From Sphaeroforma arctica JP610 (Eukaryota): a DNA stretch of 33,098 bases. The DNA is taken from NCBI RefSeq assembly GCF_001186125.1, contig NW_014040211.1, positions 52,155-85,252 of the forward strand. The letters are read 5' to 3'. Positions 11,406-33,098 of this stretch are shown here, piece after piece; within the stretch, counting starts at the first letter, position 1, and each line of letters opens with the position of its first letter. The notes below the pieces were generated by a model, which saw only the letters and a list, made by a program, of their open reading frames with translations, had not been told where the DNA came from and did no database searches. The position numbers were made by a program, and so were the translations under genes.

Positions 11406-11434
11406 GGTGCAAAATGTACACTGCTAGAAATCAA

Positions 11435-18321
<6,887 letters not shown>

Positions 18322-18880
18322 GATCTTAATACACTATGGTTGATACTTGACCTTTAAAGTTGGTATGAATTGCTCTTTATATTGTTTAGGAGTTGTCCGT
18401 TGAAAGTGGAGAATTCGCCATATGTATGGTAGTGTTTTTAGTGTTTACTGTTTACTGTTTTGATGAACACATCACAGCGGCCCGGGGGGTGGGGAACAAT
18501 CTTCGGAGGTCTGGTCCCCAGAGAGGGTAGAGAGCCTCTCCGGGCTGTCGCTGAGAAAAATGCAAAGCCGAAGCCAATCAGATCTTCGGATGAGAACTTT
18601 ACGGATTCCTGGGAATCCGAGTATACTATGCCGATTCATGATGCATGTACCACATTGGGATGTATTGTATTTTAAAAATAGTCGATTGTATGTGTATGTA
18701 CATATGAATAATATAATACATACTTCACGTTATTATATGTAGTATGTACACCGCATCACCGCATCACCTTTAAATTAACAATTCTACTTGTGGAAGCCCA
18801 CTAATAGCACTACTGTAGTGAGATATCATATTTGAGGACTGCAAGAAAGCGATAGCGTACGCGTTCGTACCTTAGCAGAC
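18322..18880. promoter_or_regulatory. Divergent (candidate bidirectional) promoter / 5'UTR region of ARFGAP1 and RTF1
   Basis: 559 nt between head-to-head start codons at 18321 (-) and 18881 (+); includes the short repeat caccgcatcaccgcatcacc near 18749-18768. Confidence 0.7.
18461..18620 (+). ncRNA. Candidate structured RNA, family unassigned
   Basis: GC-rich island with nested stems, two cUUCGg motifs (18501-18506, 18584-18589), a perfect inverted repeat at 18602-18619, and TGATGA (18461) ... CTGA (18551) bracketing the first domain. Confidence 0.35.
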
Positions 18881-30083
<11,203 letters not shown>

Positions 30084-30426
30084 GCCGTGGTCGGTGACAG
30101 CGGTGGAAAATAGTCTCAGATACATGTTTGATACCAATAAAGTCACATATTTCAGTAATCGTGGGAAAAAAATATCCTTAAACCCTAGAACTCGGACGGG
30201 GAACGGTGTATGTTTTGTACAGCACTCATTGATAATGTTGTGTTTAACGCTACCAGATCAAAGTAAGCTGACAACAAGGAATGATAGTATCCCTTGGGGT
30301 GTCCGGTAGAAATAATAGCAGTAGCGTGATTATACTGATCGCATGTGATATGTATTTGCTGTATTTATTTGTTGAATGAAGGGAAGGACATCGCGCCAAT
30401 TGCGCAAGCGGTGCTATCTGAACTTG

Positions 30427-32088
30427 TCAGGCCTCGTCGCGGACACTGTTCGAGGAACACCGCTCCTCTATGTGCAGTAAATTAGTTGTTTGGGGTGGTT
30501 TCGCCGGTCTTGCGTCCGTCCCGCACAAGGTTGTTAATCTATCTACTCTGCTCTTCAGTATGTCGCACACTGTCGGATTCTTCGAGAACATGTCCAGCAC
30601 ATTTGACTCGTGCACCAGCATGACTGTCTCCGCATATGCCATCCACAAGAGCTGGTAAATATCAACTTCCACCTGGTGTAGAGACATCGATGATTCGACG
30701 GGCGTCGATTCCCTCATTTCGCGTAATGGCTTTAGTATCCTCGAAGGCAAATTTACTGGGTGGGCCGCTCCTTGCATGATATAGTTATCCAGTATTTGCA
30801 ATGTTAGTCTGCTTATGTTTTCACTATCGTTATTTCTTTCCTGTACTGTCAGCGTATTGGCTTCTGTCCTCAACATACGCTTAAGCCGTCGAACATCTTG
30901 CATGAATCTGAAGTTTTCGTCCATATGCCGTCTGCCAGCCATAGCCAATAGTACGGGGTAAAGTTCCTTATCTTGTAATAGCAGATCAAGCCGCCCACGC
31001 CGCCCACGTGGATCTATCAAATCATATGCCTGGCTGATTAAGGTGTTTTCGCTGATACCTAATTTATTGTGAAAACATTGTACCACTGATGTACTGAATC
31101 TGTAAAAAGCAAGACTCTTGCTTTCAAATCGCACTTTGCACATAGATATCACCAATATCACTACCTGTATAATCATCATCCGCACGACATTTTCATAATT
31201 ACGAATAACTTTACGAATCCCCCGCGCATTTTCACAGTATACCAGCTCATCTCGATCAAGGTGAGCAACGCATACGAAACGGCAGCCCACCCAATGATTT
31301 CGGAGTATTTAAGGAAGGAAATGGTCATGGCAACGATGTAAGGTACCACTTGGAACACAAATGACATGATTATGGAATTGACGAAGAACATCTTGTAACT
31401 TGGATTGCAGATACCTTTGTCCAACAAAAAATACATAAGCGCCACCCTGCTACTCAGTGCCGCCCATACTTGCCCAACCGTCATCAATTCCACTGCTTGT
31501 AGGAAGCGAACAAAACTGTTCGTTGGCGAGTAGTAAGCAGTCAGCATGTTCGTGCTATATGTGAGTGGAGGTATGACCAATAAGCAAAAGCTAATATGAG
31601 CTATGAAAGATGGCAGTTTGCTCAGTATGACTGGTGATTTTCTATGCTTGTATATCGTCATGAGCGTGACTCCACGCAGTAGAAAGGTAACCCCTGAGAC
31701 TACTGAGAAAAAGATAGCCATATTTTCTTTTAGGGGCACCCATCGCATATAAGGTTTAGCTGGCGGAACTGTCAAATACTTGGCAAGATAGTACGAACCC
31801 AAAAAAATCCGATGAGGGGCAAATAGAATAAGAGTACTATAAGAACGTTCCTCCTCACCACAGCTCGCGTTCGATTGCGTGTTACATCCCAGAAGGATAC
31901 ATCCTTCACAATTGCGCCATTGCTGCTCATGCACAAGGTAAACTCTTTGTCATCCGGTGAAGAAAAGACTAAAACGATTTTTGTATCGTGGAGATTTTTG
32001 ATGAAGGAGGTGAGCCACTCGGTCTCATTAACACAACGCCGGTGGAGACCACGGTCACCTGACTCGACATTTTCTCTTCCATATTCAT
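30427..32088 (-). pseudogene. Intronless multi-TM receptor-RGS fusion, copy 3, disrupted
   Basis: ORFs 31934-31176 and 31290-30427 are paralogous to copy 1 (VTLMTIYK, SKLPSF, GQVWA, YDLIDPRG, MDENFRF, PVNLPS, CGTDAR). Lesions: early stop near 31970, T7 homopolymer frameshift at 31801-31807, 1-nt deletion near 31199, and loss of the last TM segment present in copies 1 and 2. Confidence 0.85.
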
Positions 32089-32898
32089 TGTTAGCCTTGA
32101 AAGTAGTGTAGCTCCGTCAACTACGATGATGAGCTATTCACACTCACCTTCTGATCACGTTATAACAATGACGTGGCTATGAATGTATAGCCTCTACTAA
32201 ACTAGGACGTTCATATTGCCATATAAAAGTCAAACAATAGTGCGGATAGTTGCCTGATCTTTGGACTGATTATCCTTCATATACCCATATCATAACCACA
32301 CACAGATAATTCAACCCAGTGAAGATTTTCTGTCCTTCTCAGGAACTCCTCCTGTCCACCTGAGGCGGTTCAAGGCTAAGTCGGTAATTCTTGATAAGTG
32401 GCAAGTTATTGGTTAATGCAATAACTCTGGACATCAGGAGTTTTTTTCTTCTTTTTTTTCTTTTTTTTCTAAAGATAGGATTTTATGAGTATCTCGGATT
32501 CGCCCCAACGAAACATTCCATGGTTTCTATTAGAGCGACAACGAAACATAAAATAAAATCCATTCGGCGAAAACAGTACTGAGATGATTATAAATAGGCA
32601 ATGTTCTGCCTCACAATCCCTCAGAGTATTGCTGTTTTCACGAGACATACCTAACTTTACTAAAAGACTCATTTCGTTTATTTATTTCGAATTTAACTAT
32701 ACTTAGACTTAACCTAAGGGTTTAACTACTCTAAGTCGTTAATATCGCCTCGATAGACCGAAACTTACACATTTTAAAGTTAGCAAAGGTATTAATTACT
32801 TCGACTACTTAAACGTAAAGGTAGATAACTAACACGATTTTTTTCTTAAAGCACAGTCATTCCTTAGGAGAATAAGACTGAAGTCATAAGTTAAGATT

Positions 32899-33098
32899 AT
32901 GACAAAGAAAGACAATATGCCTGCAAAGAAGCGCAAGGCCGAACGTAGAAAGATGGAAAGAGAAGCTACTAGCGCTGCAGCAGCTACCGCTGCCGCAGAA
33001 GCAACCGCATCTGCTGCCGATGCGTTTAACCGCACCGTAGCCGAAGCACTTGTCTCCGACAATAATAGTCAGCACAACGCCTCGGATAAGGACTGGAA
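32899..33098 (+). CDS. Start of an open frame running off the window (basic then Ala-rich N-terminus), product unknown
   Basis: MTKKDNMPAKKRKAERRKMEREATSAAAATAAAEATASAADAFNRTVAEALVSDNNSQHNASDKDW..., with no stop before the window end; NLS-like PAKKRK. Confidence 0.45.
   Translation, partial: MTKKDNMPAKKRKAERRKMEREATSAAAATAAAEATASAADAFNRTVAEALVSDNNSQHNASDKDW

Noticed and set aside
18400..18640. RNase P/MRP, U3 or U4 RNA
   Set aside because: Only short motif look-alikes are present; I found no complementary P4 strands, U3 box A, or correct U4 spacing.

Overview
Draft-assembly window (several N gaps) from an intron-rich eukaryote with GT-AG introns and (TA)n tracts; the gene content suggests a unicellular relative of animals such as an ichthyosporean (inference). 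Most ORF-track entries are spurious because the real genes are spliced. Manual exon chaining with consistent phases gives three genes. (1) A Homer-like scaffold on the minus strand (5975 to at least 172, continuing off the window) with the unusual order EVH1 - SH3 - Homer-type coiled coil. (2) A complete 10-exon ARFGAP1/Gcs1-type gene (minus, 18321-11435, 449 aa). (3) A 16-exon RTF1 gene (plus, 18881-30083, 578 aa) transcribed divergently from ARFGAP1. This pair is flanked by three intronless, disrupted copies of a multi-pass membrane protein fused to an RGS domain (7TM-RGS-like), each pointing inward. Several splice junctions are locally duplicated, and some copies form in-frame candidate microexons or alternative exons. 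A GC-rich structured element sits in the divergent promoter. All family assignments come from motif recognition by eye; no database search was run.
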